Below are positions 21,901 to 34,158 of a stretch of DNA of 64,000 nt, piece after piece. Both the position numbers and the translations under genes were made by a program. The DNA lies in assembly GCA_964252035.1 (NCBI GenBank), contig OZ176206.1; one strand, given 5' to 3'. How positions within the stretch are numbered: the first letter of the stretch is position 1; each line of letters starts with the position of its first letter. Source of the stretch: Podarcis erhardii. Its lineage: Eukaryota. The notes under the pieces were generated by a model that was not told the DNA's origin, made no database searches, and saw only the letters and a program-made list of their open reading frames with translations.

Positions 21901-24900
21901 CATGATACCCACAACAGCAAAAACCAACACTAAAACTTGCTTACTGTGTGTTATTAAATCTGTATTGCATAGTTTGTTTACATTGCATAGGGTATATATT
22001 AGATTTCTGTTCTAATACTTCAAATGCATTTGCATCACTCAGGCAGCTTGCAACAGTTCAAATCACAGTATCATTAAAAATCTACAATATTGTTATGTCG
22101 GTGCTAGAAATGGAGGAAGGCCTGTCCACCACAGCTGAATACCAGTTGCAGAAAATCACAGAAGTGGGGACTGCTCTTGTACTTGAGCCCTGCTTGCTGA
22201 TTTCCCATAGGCTGGCCCTGTGAGAATAGGATGCTGGACTAGATGGGCCATCGGTCTGATCCGGCAGGCTCTTCTTAAGTTATTATGATCTAAGGCAGCA
22301 TGCAAGTTGGTAGGGAGGTGGTATCCTGCTTTAAGCCTTATGGGCTTAAAGTATTAAAATTTAATACCTCGCCTTGTTTTTGAAGAATATAATCAGTACA
22401 TGAAAGGCTACAGAAGATGACTCAGCCATGCCCCACTCTTGGTGCCTCTTTTGCAGAAAGAGCCCTTTACACCCTGGAATGCGCCTTTCACCCAATGTTC
22501 AGCCTCACCAGTGGGACCTGCAGACTGGACTACCGGAGGCCAGAGAACAGGTAAGAGTCCCATTGACAGTGCCAAATGGGAGTTTGCTTGCTCAGTCAGG
22601 ACTTCTCACTCTAAAGATAGATGACTTCTTTGCACAAGCCAGGAAAGGAGTTGAACCAGAATGTGCTGCCCTTCATGGCTGATCAAGCCTGTTTATGCCC
22701 TTTTTCATGCCCAGACTGAATTGTTGTTGTTATATTGTTAATCATTAATCTTTGCTTTTTTGTTGTGCCTCTCAGAGCCTTCTATCTGGCTCTGTTCAAG
22801 CATATGATTTTCCTAGAGAGGAGAGGTTGTCCTCGCACCGCCCTGGAGTTCTGCAAACTTATTCTGAGGTAACTACTGGTTCTTATAAGGCAGCTTTAGG
22901 CCTCTGGTCTGTCTTTTAGACTGGGTGGGAGGACTGAACAGCACACCCGTCTCCCACCTCTACCCTGAGCAGGTGTGTGTTTACATACTGAGCCCTTAAT
23001 TTCTCCAAAAGTTTTTAAGGGGGCAGTTAACTCCCTTATGTAGACATGGAGAAGGGTTGATTAATTTGCTGGTTGGTCTTGACTATTGCTGGTTGGTTTT
23101 GCAATAGATTCACATGGTTTTTAATCTCCCCACCCTTGCATTCCACCCCCATCTCCAAAGCCTTGATCCAGAGAATGACCCGCTGTGCATACTGCTGATA
23201 ATTGATTTGCTGTCGCTACGAGCAAGAGAGTACGCCTTCCTGACACGCATGTTTCAGGAGTGGGAGGTGAGTTGCTAGTGGGTGGCCCTGGCAGGAAGTG
23301 TGCTGAGAACGGAAGAGTCTGGCTGAGTTGCCAGAAGGTCACCCCACCACCTGCGGAAGAATTAGGTGTGAGTCACTCTGGCCACAGCCTGTGGTGCTTC
23401 CAATTCCTCTGAAGCTGGTCGTAACTGCAGCCTGTTCATGAGCAACTCTTATAATGCAATTTACCACTAGAGTTACTGTTGACTTTCCGTGTTTGGTTTT
23501 ATGGACTGTTAATGTGTTTCATTTAATTGGTAATTTTCTTTGTGGCCCCATTTAGGGTCAAAAAATGGGATACAAGTTTTTTAAAAAATCAGCTCAGCTG
23601 TCAAGCAGATACTTACATAGCTTCTCTTCCTCTTCTCTCCCCCCCTTCCCGCCCCCCACCTTTAGGGTCATCGGAACCTGTCTCAACTCCCAAACTTTGC
23701 CTTCTCGGTCCCTCTGGCATATTTCTTTCTGAGCCAGCAGGAAGACCTCCCAGAGTCGGAGATCAACCAAGCCCACGAAAGAGCTGCCAGCCTCATTCAG
23801 CAGTCACTGGTCATGTTCCCGGGTGGTGAGTCTGTCTGTGTAAAATGTTCAAAGATGGGTGTACAGAAGGCTGCAGCTGTGAATAAAGCCCTTCATATTC
23901 CCTCAGCAGTGGTGGCTCCGGGAGGGCAGTAATGCTAAATCTCAGAGGGGGGTTGGGTTGCTTTAATCAAGATTTCCCGTGACTGGTCGTCTCCTCTTTG
24001 TCCACACTTTCCCTTCAAGACACTGTCACGCTTTAGCCAGGAGCAGCACATGGGTCCTGCCTTTCATCATGCTGTGACTGCCTGGTCCCTGGGAGGGGCC
24101 TGCCCAGTTTCCCCTTCCAGCCGCAGGCTCCAAAGGGATATAAGGTCTGCCAAGAGAGCCTTGCATGGCTGAGCAGTGAATGTCTTCTGCTCCAAACAAA
24201 GGGAGTCCAGTTTAGGCTGCTGACCCATGACAAGGCACACCCTCTCTGCTCCTTCACAGCGACTTCAAACAAAACCCCTTAATAATTAGGGGCCAGAAAA
24301 AGTTCTGTTGTGTGGTTTTAATGGCACCTCACTCCTTGCAAGTCCATTTCATTCAGAACTTTTTTCTGTGGTGGGAAGAATAAAAAAACAAGAGGCAGAG
24401 CAATATTGTGACCCATTTTGAGTACCCGTGCAGCAGCATTTGTGGCGGTTGGAGGTCTTTCCCTCTCATTTCTTTCTCTTCATGCCTCTTCCAGTTCTTA
24501 TGCCTTTGTTGGATCGCTGTAGTGTGCAGCCAGATTCCACAGTAGCATCCCATGCATTCTTTGGACTGGACGCCCAGTTGAGGTAAGGAGTGTGTGAAAA
24601 TGCTCTTTGCAGTCCAAGAACATGCAAGTCTTACAGGAATGGAGTGAGGCGTTTTGTGGTGTCAGCAGCTGAATCTTCTTATGGAGTACTAGCAAGATTG
24701 GAGGGAGGTTTTTCAGAATACCAAGGGAAGCATCAGAACCAGAGGATTGCATGTCAGCAACGTGAGGTCAAACTGAGAATCGGTTGCTGACATGGATGCT
24801 CGTGTTGTCAGTTTCTGGGGCCAATGGCAGTCAGCATCTCTACAGCAAAGAGGCTGGGCAAGTTTCTGGTTCAAGACTGTCTGGTCTGTTGTTGCTACAG

Positions 24901-27900
24901 TGTCGGAGGGGCAGGTCACAGTCTATGGAATGGACATAAGGATGACCTCTGCCTCTGACCCTTTCCCCCAGGACAAGGGCAGAATAAAAGTGTGATGTGT
25001 TGTGCCCTGCTAAAAGTGAAAATGCCTTATTGGGTGGCTCTGCTCCGCTGTCTTCATCAGCCTTGATGCCTAGTAGTGGAACTGAGGCCTTCTGCTCTCG
25101 TTTCTCTTCCTGTGAGGAGTTGCCCTCAGCAAGTCTACCTCTAAGGCAGCAAAGTGCTTTAAGCTGCCATGTTTAAAGGTGTCTCATTTTCCCTCTGCAG
25201 TTCGCCCCCTGTGCTGAACCAGCTGCTTGCCCTCTATCTTGGGAGGACCCATTCCCTCTGGAAGGACCCGGCTGTCATGGCCTGGCTCGAAACAAACGTG
25301 CATGAGGTGTTGCGGATGGTGGATGCCAAGAACCCAGTGTTGGAGGAGGCTGAGCAGAAGTGAGTCTCTGCACCTGCTCCAGGCTGATGGTGGGCAGAAT
25401 TCATTCCCGCTCTGGCTCCAAGCATTCCCTGCCATATTCTGCTGACTCCTGCACCCTGTGACCCTCCTGTTGAGAGAAGAGAGCGTTCAACAGCTGGGGG
25501 GGGGGGAGAGACATAGCTGGGCAGTGGGCTGTTCTTGGTGCCTTCTTAGATGTGCCAGCTAATTTGAGGGTGGTCGGGAAAGAAACCTTTTTGAAGCTAT
25601 CAAGAACTGCTAACTGGGCTGACTGAATGCAGCTACTTTTGGGGGATTCTGGCAATCTGTGATCAGCCCTGGGTGCCAATATGTTTCTGCAGAGGAGGCC
25701 TTTGCTTACGTGTGGCTGGGAAAGAGAGCTCCGAGGGATGCATATAGCAAATTGGAGCCACTTCTCTGAAATATTTTTGGCCCTTAGGCGAAAGGCAAGG
25801 TACCAGAACGCTCCCAGGAATGTCTACCGCCATGTGATCCTCTCGGAGATAAGGGAAGCCACAGCAGCATTGCCTCCGGTGAGAGAATGGATGGGGCAGG
25901 GGCATAGCTGCACCTCACAAACCTTTTTTGGGGGGGAGCATATCCTGTCGGTATCTCTTGCTTCTTCTGATTCTGCTCAATATGGCCTTTCTGGGCTCCC
26001 ATATCACAGTTCTTTGGGCATAAGGAGGTGGCTGGCATTGAACTGCCAATGGCCCATCCTGCAGTGTTGTTAGCTGGAGAGCAGAGCCTTCCCCCAGCAC
26101 TGTTGCCTGATACCATTTAATGGGAATGTCTGTGACCTTCTGCATGGCAAGTGTGCACTGTGCCTCTCGTCAGTATAGGAAGCTTAACAGCTCTGCTGCC
26201 AGGTGGACCCCTCCCACCCACAAGAGGCCTTGCTAGCCATCCCAGGGCTGCACCTGCCACCACCTTGAGAGCAGCCATATTTCTTCTTTCACAGGTCTCC
26301 CAGCTTGTACAAAGTTCCCTTCTCCTTTTGTCTCATATTTCTAGATTGTAAGCCTACAGGCAGGAACCCTTTTTTTTGTTTTGATTGTTTGTTTGTTTGT
26401 GCAGCACCTAGTGCATATTTGGCACTTTATAAGTAATCCAGTAGGAAGCATCAAAGGGAGGGAAGCGAAGCAGGGCCACTCCATCGGCTCTGCCCAGAGA
26501 TCAGCTACATCAGGCACCTCTCCCTGAACTGTTTCCACTCAAGCTTGCCATTGTGGGAACAAATATTTTAATTTTAAGAAGGCATGCCTGAATTTGCTTC
26601 TCTTTTCCCTTTGGGGACATGTATTTTAGATCGTAAGCCTACTGACAAGGATTGTCTTGTTAGTTCTGTAAGAGCCTGTAGGAGCCTATTTGCTGAAAAG
26701 CAGGGTAAAAAAATGCTACAACTAAATACAAAGATGGTGATGAGTTCTGACCTGGATTCAATTTCCCTCCCTCTCTCAAGGAAGTGACCTCCCAGCCGAT
26801 AATGGGGTTTGACCCCCTGCCACCTCTGGACTCCATTGTTTCGTACACAAGGCCAGAAAGGTACCACCTGTTGCTGCTTCCCGCATACCTCCATCCAGTT
26901 CAGTAGCTTGGATATTTACTTAGGTCTGTGTCAGCCTGGGGTAGACAAAAAACCCCAGAAAGGACCAGAAGTGGTCCAGTTCTCTGAATCTTTTAGACAT
27001 GCATTGTGTTTACGAGTTTTTATACAGGCAGTGGAAGCTGGTCCATTAGGGCAAATGGGGCACTGCTCCACCAATCTCAGTCTTCCCTGAAGGCCCTGCT
27101 TCCCTCAGTAATCTTCCCCCATTTACTTACAACCAGTCCAGCAGGTATTACTGCCTGTCAGCTTCTTCCTCCTCAGCCTCAATGCTGCCCTTGTAGAACT
27201 CAGCAAGAAGAAGGATGAGGACAAAACTAGAAAGTTAGAATTAGTTGGCTCCACCTCTCACTTAACTCTGGCTCCTCTTGGTCTCCCTGCTTTCTAGTCC
27301 CAATGGACACCAGTCAGCTGCCTTATTCCAGGCCAGCCTACCTGCCCATCGTGCTCATTATTGTCTTCTCTGAGTAGCAGAGTTGCTCTGGGGAATCAGG
27401 TAGAGAATGTTCTTTCCCATCGCCTCCTATTGGAGATAACAGGGATGGAACCTGGGATCTTTTGCCTGCAGAGTAAATGCTTTGCTCATAAGCTGTGGTC
27501 CATCTCTTCCTCAGTGCATCAAAGACCCACCCACCCTTCCCCATGTCACTTTGTTCTTCCCACGCAGTGGGCCAAATATTTATTCTTTTTACATTGCCTT
27601 TTGTATCCCATCGTTCCTCCAAGCAGTTCAGAGGACATAAAATCTGCCCCTTGCACCTGTGATTGGTCAAAGTTTACCCAGTGAGTTTCATAGTTGAGTG
27701 GGGATTGGAACCAGAGTCTTAGCTTAGTCCAGCACTAAGATCTGTTACACCAGACTGTCTTTCTGGATAGTAGTCCAAAATTGCACGCTCCCTGGATCAT
27801 GAAGTGCCATGACATGCCCTCTCTCCTAGGAAAGAGGAGGAGGTCCATTTGTGACCAGACTTTCTCTTTTTTTTCCAGGGCAACCCATCCAGCCAATGAA

Positions 27901-28581
27901 AGCACTTTATCTCTCTTCTTTCGCTCACTCTTGCCAAACTTCAACTTGCAGGTATGTTGAGTGTGAAATGACTGGCCAAGGTAAGGCAGATATGCAGGTG
28001 GTTGCATGCTTCTGAGTACTAGGTGCTGGGAACGGCAGGAGGGGAGAGTGCTCTTGCACTTGGGTCCTGCCTGCAGGTTTCCCATAATGGGCACCAAGTT
28101 GGCAACTGTGAGAACAGGAGGCTGGACTAGATGGCCCCCCTTTTGCTTCATCCAACTCTCATCAGCCCCATCTAGTGTGCTTCTACAATCCAGTCGGCTA
28201 GGTTCTCCCCCCAAGAAGACTGGAGTGTCCAGGCCTTCCTCCCTAAGTGTATAAGGAGCAGAAGAGATGGAGAATTTGCAGCAAAGAGACTGAGATGAGC
28301 TTCTTTCTAGCATTTCTTCTGAGGACCCCAAAGACTGGGCTGGTTCTCCTTCAGTGCCCAGCACCTCTTCCAGTCAAACTGCCTTGTATAATTCCTTGCC
28401 CTGTGCTGTGTTTCAGGGAGAAGTCAGAGCCGGTGGAGAGGAAGAGCCGGGTGCAGGACAGAATCTGAACCAAGGTGTGAACAGACTGATGGCAGCCATG
28501 CGGGACATGCTGGCAAATATCCAGTTCCAGGAGCCACCACGGGATGACAACCCCGAGGGGGATGGGGGAGAGTGGGACTAG
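9598..28581 (+). CDS. TCF25: Transcription factor 25 / ribosome quality control Rqc1 homolog (18 coding exons, 688 aa)
   Basis: Exons 9598-9816, 11349-11498, 11924-11998, 12406-12539, 15096-15161, 16954-17036, 18075-18205, 21072-21171, 22457-22550, 22776-22868, 23161-23266, 23666-23825, 24495-24582, 25201-25359, 25788-25878, 26781-26860, 27879-27951, 28417-28581 sum to 2067 nt with consistent phases. Starts [12 protein letters not shown] and ends GEWD*, as recalled for human TCF25. Confidence 0.96.
10270..10601 (+). mobile_element. Sauria-type SINE in TCF25 intron 1
   Basis: Begins aaggtaaagggac, ends gccacccgcgcc; flanked by a 12-bp near-direct repeat cta(c/g)ctgtcata at 10258-10269 and 10602-10613 (TSD); family assigned from recalled consensus. 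Confidence 0.8.
11349..11498 (+). CDS. TCF25: TCF25 exon 2
   Basis: ITNEEAEDD...PDQM; needs the GC donor at 11499 because an in-frame TAG follows. Confidence 0.8.
11924..11998 (+). CDS. TCF25: TCF25 exon 3
   Basis: [25 protein letters not shown]. Confidence 0.88.
12406..12539 (+). CDS. TCF25: TCF25 exon 4
   Basis: [19 protein letters not shown]...LLYIEHR. Confidence 0.9.
13439..13460 (+). repeat. (GT)11 microsatellite
   Basis: Direct reading. Confidence 0.95.
14667..14771. mobile_element. Short foldback MITE, internally deleted copy
   Basis: Termini cagggataggag ... ttcctgtccctg; core ctccaacttccatcatc shared with many copies in the window. Confidence 0.55.
15096..15161 (+). CDS. TCF25: TCF25 exon 5
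   Basis: [22 protein letters not shown]. Confidence 0.95.
16750..16840 (+). mobile_element. LINE 3' end with (AAT)/(ATT) tail
   Basis: gaagccgcccagagtggc...gggtggggtataaataataata, recalled as a common lizard retroposon tail. Confidence 0.5.
16954..17036 (+). CDS. TCF25: TCF25 exon 6
   Basis: [27 protein letters not shown]. Confidence 0.95.
17322..17570. mobile_element. Tc1-mariner/pogo (Tigger-like) MITE
   Basis: TIRs cagtggtgcc(c/t)cgcaagacgaa (22 bp, 1 mismatch); TA duplications at 17320-17321 and 17571-17572; internal repeats of gcaagacgaa. Confidence 0.9.
18075..18205 (+). CDS. TCF25: TCF25 exon 7
   Basis: [44 protein letters not shown]. Confidence 0.95.
19374..19603 (-). mobile_element. 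CR1 LINE 3' fragment
   Basis: gaatcatagagttg...gggtcatctagtccagccc; homologous to 41091-41710. Confidence 0.75.
21072..21171 (+). CDS. TCF25: TCF25 exon 8
   Basis: [33 protein letters not shown]. Confidence 0.95.
22457..22550 (+). CDS. TCF25: TCF25 exon 9
   Basis: [32 protein letters not shown]. Confidence 0.95.
22776..22868 (+). CDS. TCF25: TCF25 exon 10
   Basis: [31 protein letters not shown]. Confidence 0.95.
23161..23266 (+). CDS. TCF25: TCF25 exon 11
   Basis: [35 protein letters not shown]. Confidence 0.95.
23666..23825 (+). CDS. TCF25: TCF25 exon 12
   Basis: [29 protein letters not shown]...VMFPG. Confidence 0.95.
24495..24582 (+). CDS. TCF25: TCF25 exon 13
   Basis: [29 protein letters not shown]. 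Confidence 0.93.
25201..25359 (+). CDS. TCF25: TCF25 exon 14
   Basis: [37 protein letters not shown]...EAEQK. Confidence 0.95.
25788..25878 (+). CDS. TCF25: TCF25 exon 15
   Basis: [30 protein letters not shown]. Confidence 0.95.
26781..26860 (+). CDS. TCF25: TCF25 exon 16
   Basis: [27 protein letters not shown]. Confidence 0.95.
27879..27951 (+). CDS. TCF25: TCF25 exon 17
   Basis: [24 protein letters not shown]. Confidence 0.93.
28417..28581 (+). CDS. TCF25: TCF25 exon 18 (last)
   Basis: GEVRAGG...[19 protein letters not shown]...GEWD*. Confidence 0.95.
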   Translation, partial: GEVRAGGEEEPGAGQNLNQGVNRLMAAMRDMLANIQFQEPPRDDNPEGDGGEWD

Positions 28582-28636
28582 GCCCTTGCACCCCAGAACT
28601 TCCTTTCTGCCCCTTCTGTAACTTCCCTTGCCACAA

Positions 28637-28642
28637 AATAAA
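28637..28642 (+). terminator. Candidate TCF25 polyadenylation signal
   Basis: AATAAA about 55 nt after the stop codon. Confidence 0.5.
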
Positions 28643-31600
28643 CAATCATAAGCCAGAGGGGTAGAGTGTCTCTGTGCCTTAAACATGCACACACCAGAAA
28701 AAAGGGCATGGTTATCATCTTGGCACAACTGATAGGGCAGAAATGGCCCTTTGCTCTGAAAGCTGCACACTGTTGCTTTCATGAGATCCAGGTTTCGCTA
28801 ACATGCAACTGTCCTGCCTAAGGAGAGGAGCTGCAAGCAGTAGGCTGGGGAGGCACACATGCCCCCATTTCAATTCCTTTCACAGATAGATTTATTGTGT
28901 CACTTGCCTTCCTTTTCTTAGTGGCTCCTGCCAGTGAAACCACATAGGCTAGAGCACCAGCCTTCAACTATTGGATCAAGACCCACTAACAGGTCATGGC
29001 CTGATCCAAGGTGGGATAGTGCAACAGTAGCAGCAACACCACCATATAACTATGTGGGGGGGGATGTGTTACCAAATGCATGTTCTGGTTAAAGACGAAT
29101 CCTGGATTTAGAAAGGTTGAAGACCATGGGGCTAGTGTTTTAAAGTCGCTTGGAGGTGTTCTGCTAATCAGAAAGGCTCTTTAGTGCAATTCAGATATGC
29201 TTTGTGAGAGGGAGGATATAGAAATTCTGTGTCAGTGACTTGCTCTATCAAAGTAAGCAAGATATAGAAGATCTGTGTCTCCTCATGTTGTTATTCAAAG
29301 TTTAAAAATAGCTGCCTGGAGCAAACTTGATGTTGGGGGAGGATGTGTTTAAACTTTTTCACTCCCTGACCTTTTTCATGAACGTATTGTCCACTCCAGA
29401 GCTGTTATTAGTTCCTTTGGGAAAAGACGGGTACCCAGATTGTAGCTGTCTTGTTTCCCCACTACATGACACCCCAAGTTTATTAATAAGTGTATTTGTC
29501 AGGGGGAAGGAGAGGATTGTGAAAATGGGGACGGGGTAGGCCTTCCTCAAGCACTGTGCCCTTGATCCAATGTGTCCTCATGCCTGCTCTTAACATGCTT
29601 TTGGGACATCTGCTGACATCTTTTGTCATTTGGCTCTTTCTGGGCACCTGTGCTTGTGGCCTGTGGGATTGGCAGAAGGGATGTTAGCACCCTAGTCTCT
29701 TACTCTGTTCCTGCCTTTAAAGTGTACATCACAAATCAGCTGGATAATGCAATTTACACGAGCAGGAGTGGCTGCCATGCTCTGAGTTTGACCAAATAAT
29801 ACAAGATTCTACTGAAAATAATGAGGATAAAGTTGTTGCTGCTGCTGCTGCTGTTGCCACCACCCTCAGAGAATGTCCACAGACTTGCCTTGGAGCTTAA
29901 TCAGTGTGAGCCCCTCAATATTTTCCTGCAGCAGAGTGGGTGACTGGCAGCCCCCTCTAGTGGGTGCAAACCCCAAGTCTCTTCTTTCTTCAAGGGACCA
30001 GCACCCACAGTCCCACCCAAACCTTACTCTGGAGCTATTCTGCATTATTTCTGCTCCCCTAGTAGTTGTAGCAGAAGCAAAAGTGTCTGCTGCATTCTGA
30101 CTGAGTTCTGCTGTGGCAACCAAACCTTCCAGCAGGCTGGCCTCTGAACTGGGCATGCTTGACTATTGGCCCTGGCTTTGCAGCCTCGGATCAGACGCCT
30201 CCTGAGCAGGAGAGGCAGGGGCTGGGACTGTGTTTTGCCTGCCTCTCTTGGCATCAAGGCAAACATAGTGCATCTGCTACTCTCTTCACACTTTGAAGTG
30301 CTGCCTCTGGCTTGACTCTCAAAGGCCTCATTGATAAAGCTGTAAATAGAACTCTTGGCCGGTTGCTGGTTTAGAGGCATAAAGACATCCGCCAAAAAGA
30401 GAATGGTTATAAAACGTATTTTCTCTCCCGGCTCAGCCACCAGGCTCTGCTCCCAGCCAGGCAACCCCATGCCAGTGTTTTAGGGCTGCACCGAGTAGTT
30501 GATTAGCTGATTAAAAACCTTTTGATTGACTGAAAACACGGCACCTGATTAATTAGGCAAAGTATTTTTTTTAATGTTAATTATTCATGATAAAGATACT
30601 TCTTTTCATTGCAGACATTCAGAGGTTGGTTTTCAGTATGACTCATTCCGGAGTGCCTGGCAGATACCCTCTCTATTTAAAAGCCCATCAAGCCCCTGCT
30701 ATGAATAGTGACTTCAGGAGGGGGGGCTGACACTGGAAGGGCGAGAGCAATGAAATGACTCTAACTGGCAGCTGCAGCCTCTTTGGTTTGGGGAAGAATT
30801 GGGATCAGAATCCTCTTCCATCAACATTTCATTTGGCTTGGCCTTTTGAGGGCTGATAGAGGAGGTTAGCTTGGACTGTTTAATTGGAACTTGGGAGCTG
30901 GTCTAGTGTGCCACTGCTTTGTTAGTGTGTATAGGGGGAGGTGAGTTACAGAGCAGGCCATGTTTATGGGGATATAGTGTCTGTACAGTTTCCAAAGGGC
31001 AGGACAACATCCTCACGCCTCAACCAACTGAACCCATGGGAGTCCAAGGGCCTGCTTAAATTGCAGCTGTTTCTTACACACACACACCACATGCCTGGTG
31101 AGGGATTCTTGCAAAGACTGAAAACAAGAAGTGGAAGGAGCATAAAACCTCCCATGTCTTTATTCTACTCCTCCGCCTTGCACAGGACTGGAGTAGTTTG
31201 GTTAGTGCTACAGCTTGATCCAGATGATTGCGCTCACATTTTCAGAGGGACAGTGACTGTTGCTGCTGCTTTGTCCCTGTGTGCTCTGCTTCAACCTGGG
31301 ATCATTTTCATGTATGCTGGGCAGCAGCTCTCTCTGGAAGAATACCAGCTTGTCAGGGGAGAATATCAACTGGGACTGTGATACAGGGGTGAAAGTGTTA
31401 AACCCCCTTCCCCGTGTGCTGCAATCCTGATCCTCATTCTCGGTGACCCTGATTATAAAAGTAAAAGCAAGACCTCTTCAGTGTTCACCATGCATTTAAT
31501 GTCTGCAGCTGGTTCTCTGAATTAGCATCTTAAGAACATCACCACATACTTTGGGCAGGCTAAAAATGCTTCTGCCCTAATTCAAAACCCAGAGTCTTTA

Positions 31601-32164
31601 AAGGAAACTACCCCGCTCACCCTGGAATGCTGCGGCTTCTCTCCAGTACGAAGTGGTTAGCAGAATAGGGGTCAGCATGAGCTGGGATCTCTCTGGAAAT
31701 GGGGTGTTAGAGCAGATGGGACATTCATCTGAGCCAGCAGGAGTATATGATTGCTTGCTTACTTCCCCACCCTTTACTCTAAAGTCCATGGGCAAGTTGA
31801 AACACTTCAAAATGGCAGATACACTCTAAGGATCAGCTTGTCTATTAATTGCCCACAAAATATGAAATGACTTCAAGTTATTCTCAAGCCATTTTTACAT
31901 GAAAGCATGTGTTTTGCATGAATAGGTAAAAAATGGAGTTTGTTGTCCAAGTAGTTCCCACCTGGTTTCTGTTTTCCCATCATGGGGGCTGTCACAAGGG
32001 TTTGCCTGTTCTTGTACCCAAAGTTCACCCATATTTATTAAAGAGGAAAACCTGCCCCATACCTTAGGAATATAAGAAGAGTCTACTGGAATGGCTCATC
32101 TTATCAGCAACCTGTTCTCACCCTGGCTATCCAGATACCAGGGGTGGGAGTGGGGAGTGGGGAG

Positions 32165-32355
32165 TAAAGGTAAAGGACCCCTGGATAGTTAAGTCCAGTC
32201 AAAGGCAACTATGGGGTTGTGGTACTCATCTCGCTTTCCAGGAGCTGGGACAGAGCAACGGGAACTCACCCCATCGCGAGGATTCAAACCACCGACCTTC
32301 TGACCGGCAAGCCCAAGAGGCTCAGTGGTTTAGACCACTGCACCACCCACGTCCC
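32165..32355 (+). mobile_element. Sauria-type SINE, internally deleted
   Basis: Shares 5' (aaggtaaaggac) and 3' (gagcaacgggaactcaccccatcgcg...caccacccacgtccc) blocks with the copy at 10270. Confidence 0.8.
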
Positions 32356-32899
32356 TGCCAGAGGGAAACCCACAAGCAGGACCTGAGTTCAACAGTCTCA
32401 GGTCCCTGGTGGTTCCCTGTGAGTGGTATTCAGAGGCCTACCACCTCCAAGATGGGAGGTAACACACAGCCATCATGACTAGTAGCCATAGATAGTCTTA
32501 TCCTCCATGAACTTGTCTAGCTCTCAGGGCCATCCCCGGATGTTTTGCCACCAGAGGCAAAAGAGAAAACACTGCCCTGTCACCACCTCTTCCTCTGTTG
32601 CCCACCCACTGCTGTGCACCCACATGGCGTCACATGTCTGCCTACTGCCACCTGCCAGCCACTGGGCAGTACACAGGCACACAGAGGAAGAGGCTGACAA
32701 GTGCAGGGAAAGCTCCATGGAGTAAATCGGCCGCTCTCCCAGCTTTCTGGAACCTGCCACCCTGAGGGAACTGCCTCACCTCATGGGTGGGCCAGCCCTG
32801 CTAACTCCAGGTTGGTGGCCATCATTACATCTTGCGATAGCCCTTGTATCTACAGGTGAAGGGTGGTATGCAAATTTAGTACTAAATAAATACATAAAT

Positions 32900-33140
32900 A
32901 AATAAATACAGCAAATTCCAGACTTTAACCACAGTAAGCGCTGGGTGGATAAGTATTTTCTTTGTCTGCATGGAATCCTCCAACACTGAGCTTTGTTCAA
33001 TGGACCGGTATTATAAGAAAAGGAGAAATACTTCTCTCTATCAACATTCTCCACCCCTAACAATTTTAAACGCTTCTCTTCTGTCCTCCCTTACTCGCCT
33101 TGTGTCTAAACTAAAAACCTCCAACTGTTGTAAAGGTAAC
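32900..33140 (-). mobile_element. CR1 LINE ORF2 C-terminal relic
   Basis: Minus-strand peptides LQQLEVFSLDTRRVRED and GVENVDREKYFSFSYNT resemble the CR1 ORF2 tail; frameshifted. Confidence 0.7.
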
Positions 33141-33974
33141 TGGAAAAAAATGATCTTGAACATAGTCACTGATTTTGTTTTGAGCAAATGAAATAAATAT
33201 GACCCCTTTAGGGTCATAAATTCTCTGTCTTGCAAAACAAAGAGCCCATCTTTTCCTAGCGAGGAGAAGCAGGCCCCTCTTCATGATGTACCACGCTGCT
33301 TTGAATTACGTAGGCAGTATCTTGTGAAATCAGCCAGTGAAACATGCAATGCTCTCTCCACAGAGTGAGTTGTTTGTGTCTCGCACGGCATGTCACGTAA
33401 ATAGTTGCATAAGAAGTCACACTTGTATGTCAGACTGTGCTGCTTACAGGGCGAGCTTGACTGCCTTTTGCATGCTCTGCCCTACTAGGAATTGCTAACC
33501 CAGAGCTGGGGGAAACGGGACCAAGGCAAGGAAGTATTAGCATGCACAAATGTTGTAGTGTCATGGAAATGTGATGCTTGTGCATCGTCTAATAGGTGAA
33601 ATGAAGAAAGTTCTGAAATGGAACTTATTTGTGCTGAGTCAGAGCCAAGTTTCGCATTTGCCTCTGAGTGGCCACTTTGAGAATGGGATGCTGGGCTGGA
33701 TCGGCCATTTGCTTAATCTATCAGACTCATTTTACATTCTTGCATCAACAGTTTTAGGGAACTTACTGGACTCTGAAGCTTTGATTTGGAGGGAACTGTA
33801 CAACCCTATGTTTTAAGATTTTCAGGAGAGGCCATTCTTTCTTTCTACCCTGCCAATATCTGTAGCATGTTTGGCAGAACTTAAGGCAGGGCCTTCCAAG
33901 TGGCTTCCCCCAAACTCTAGAGTTCCTTGCAAGGGAGGCCCATGTAGCCTCTGATTACCTTCTGTCAGTAGGAA

Positions 33975-34158
33975 GAACATAGGAAGTTGCCTTCTGCTGA
34001 GCCAGACCCTTGGCCCCTCTAGCCTAGTATAGTCTGCACTCTGGCTGGCAACAGCTCTCCAGGGTTTCATGCAAAGGACCTTCCCAGTTCAGCTACCTGG
34101 AGATACTGTCAAGGATTGAACCTGGGACCTTCAGCACACAAAGCAGATGCTCCACCAC
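33975..34158 (-). mobile_element. tRNA-derived SINE
   Basis: The minus strand has a tRNA-like head (ggtcatagGTCAGTGGTGGAGCatctgctttgtgtgctgaaggtcccaGGTTCAATCC); related copies at about 27390-27500, 55370-55580 and 58003-58085. Confidence 0.65.

Noticed and set aside
27735-28364. 209-aa antisense ORF over the TCF25 3' exons; similar 150-210 aa ORFs at 2498, 5569 and 41684
   Set aside because: TTG/GTG starts, crossing repeats and introns, no motifs; expected by chance.
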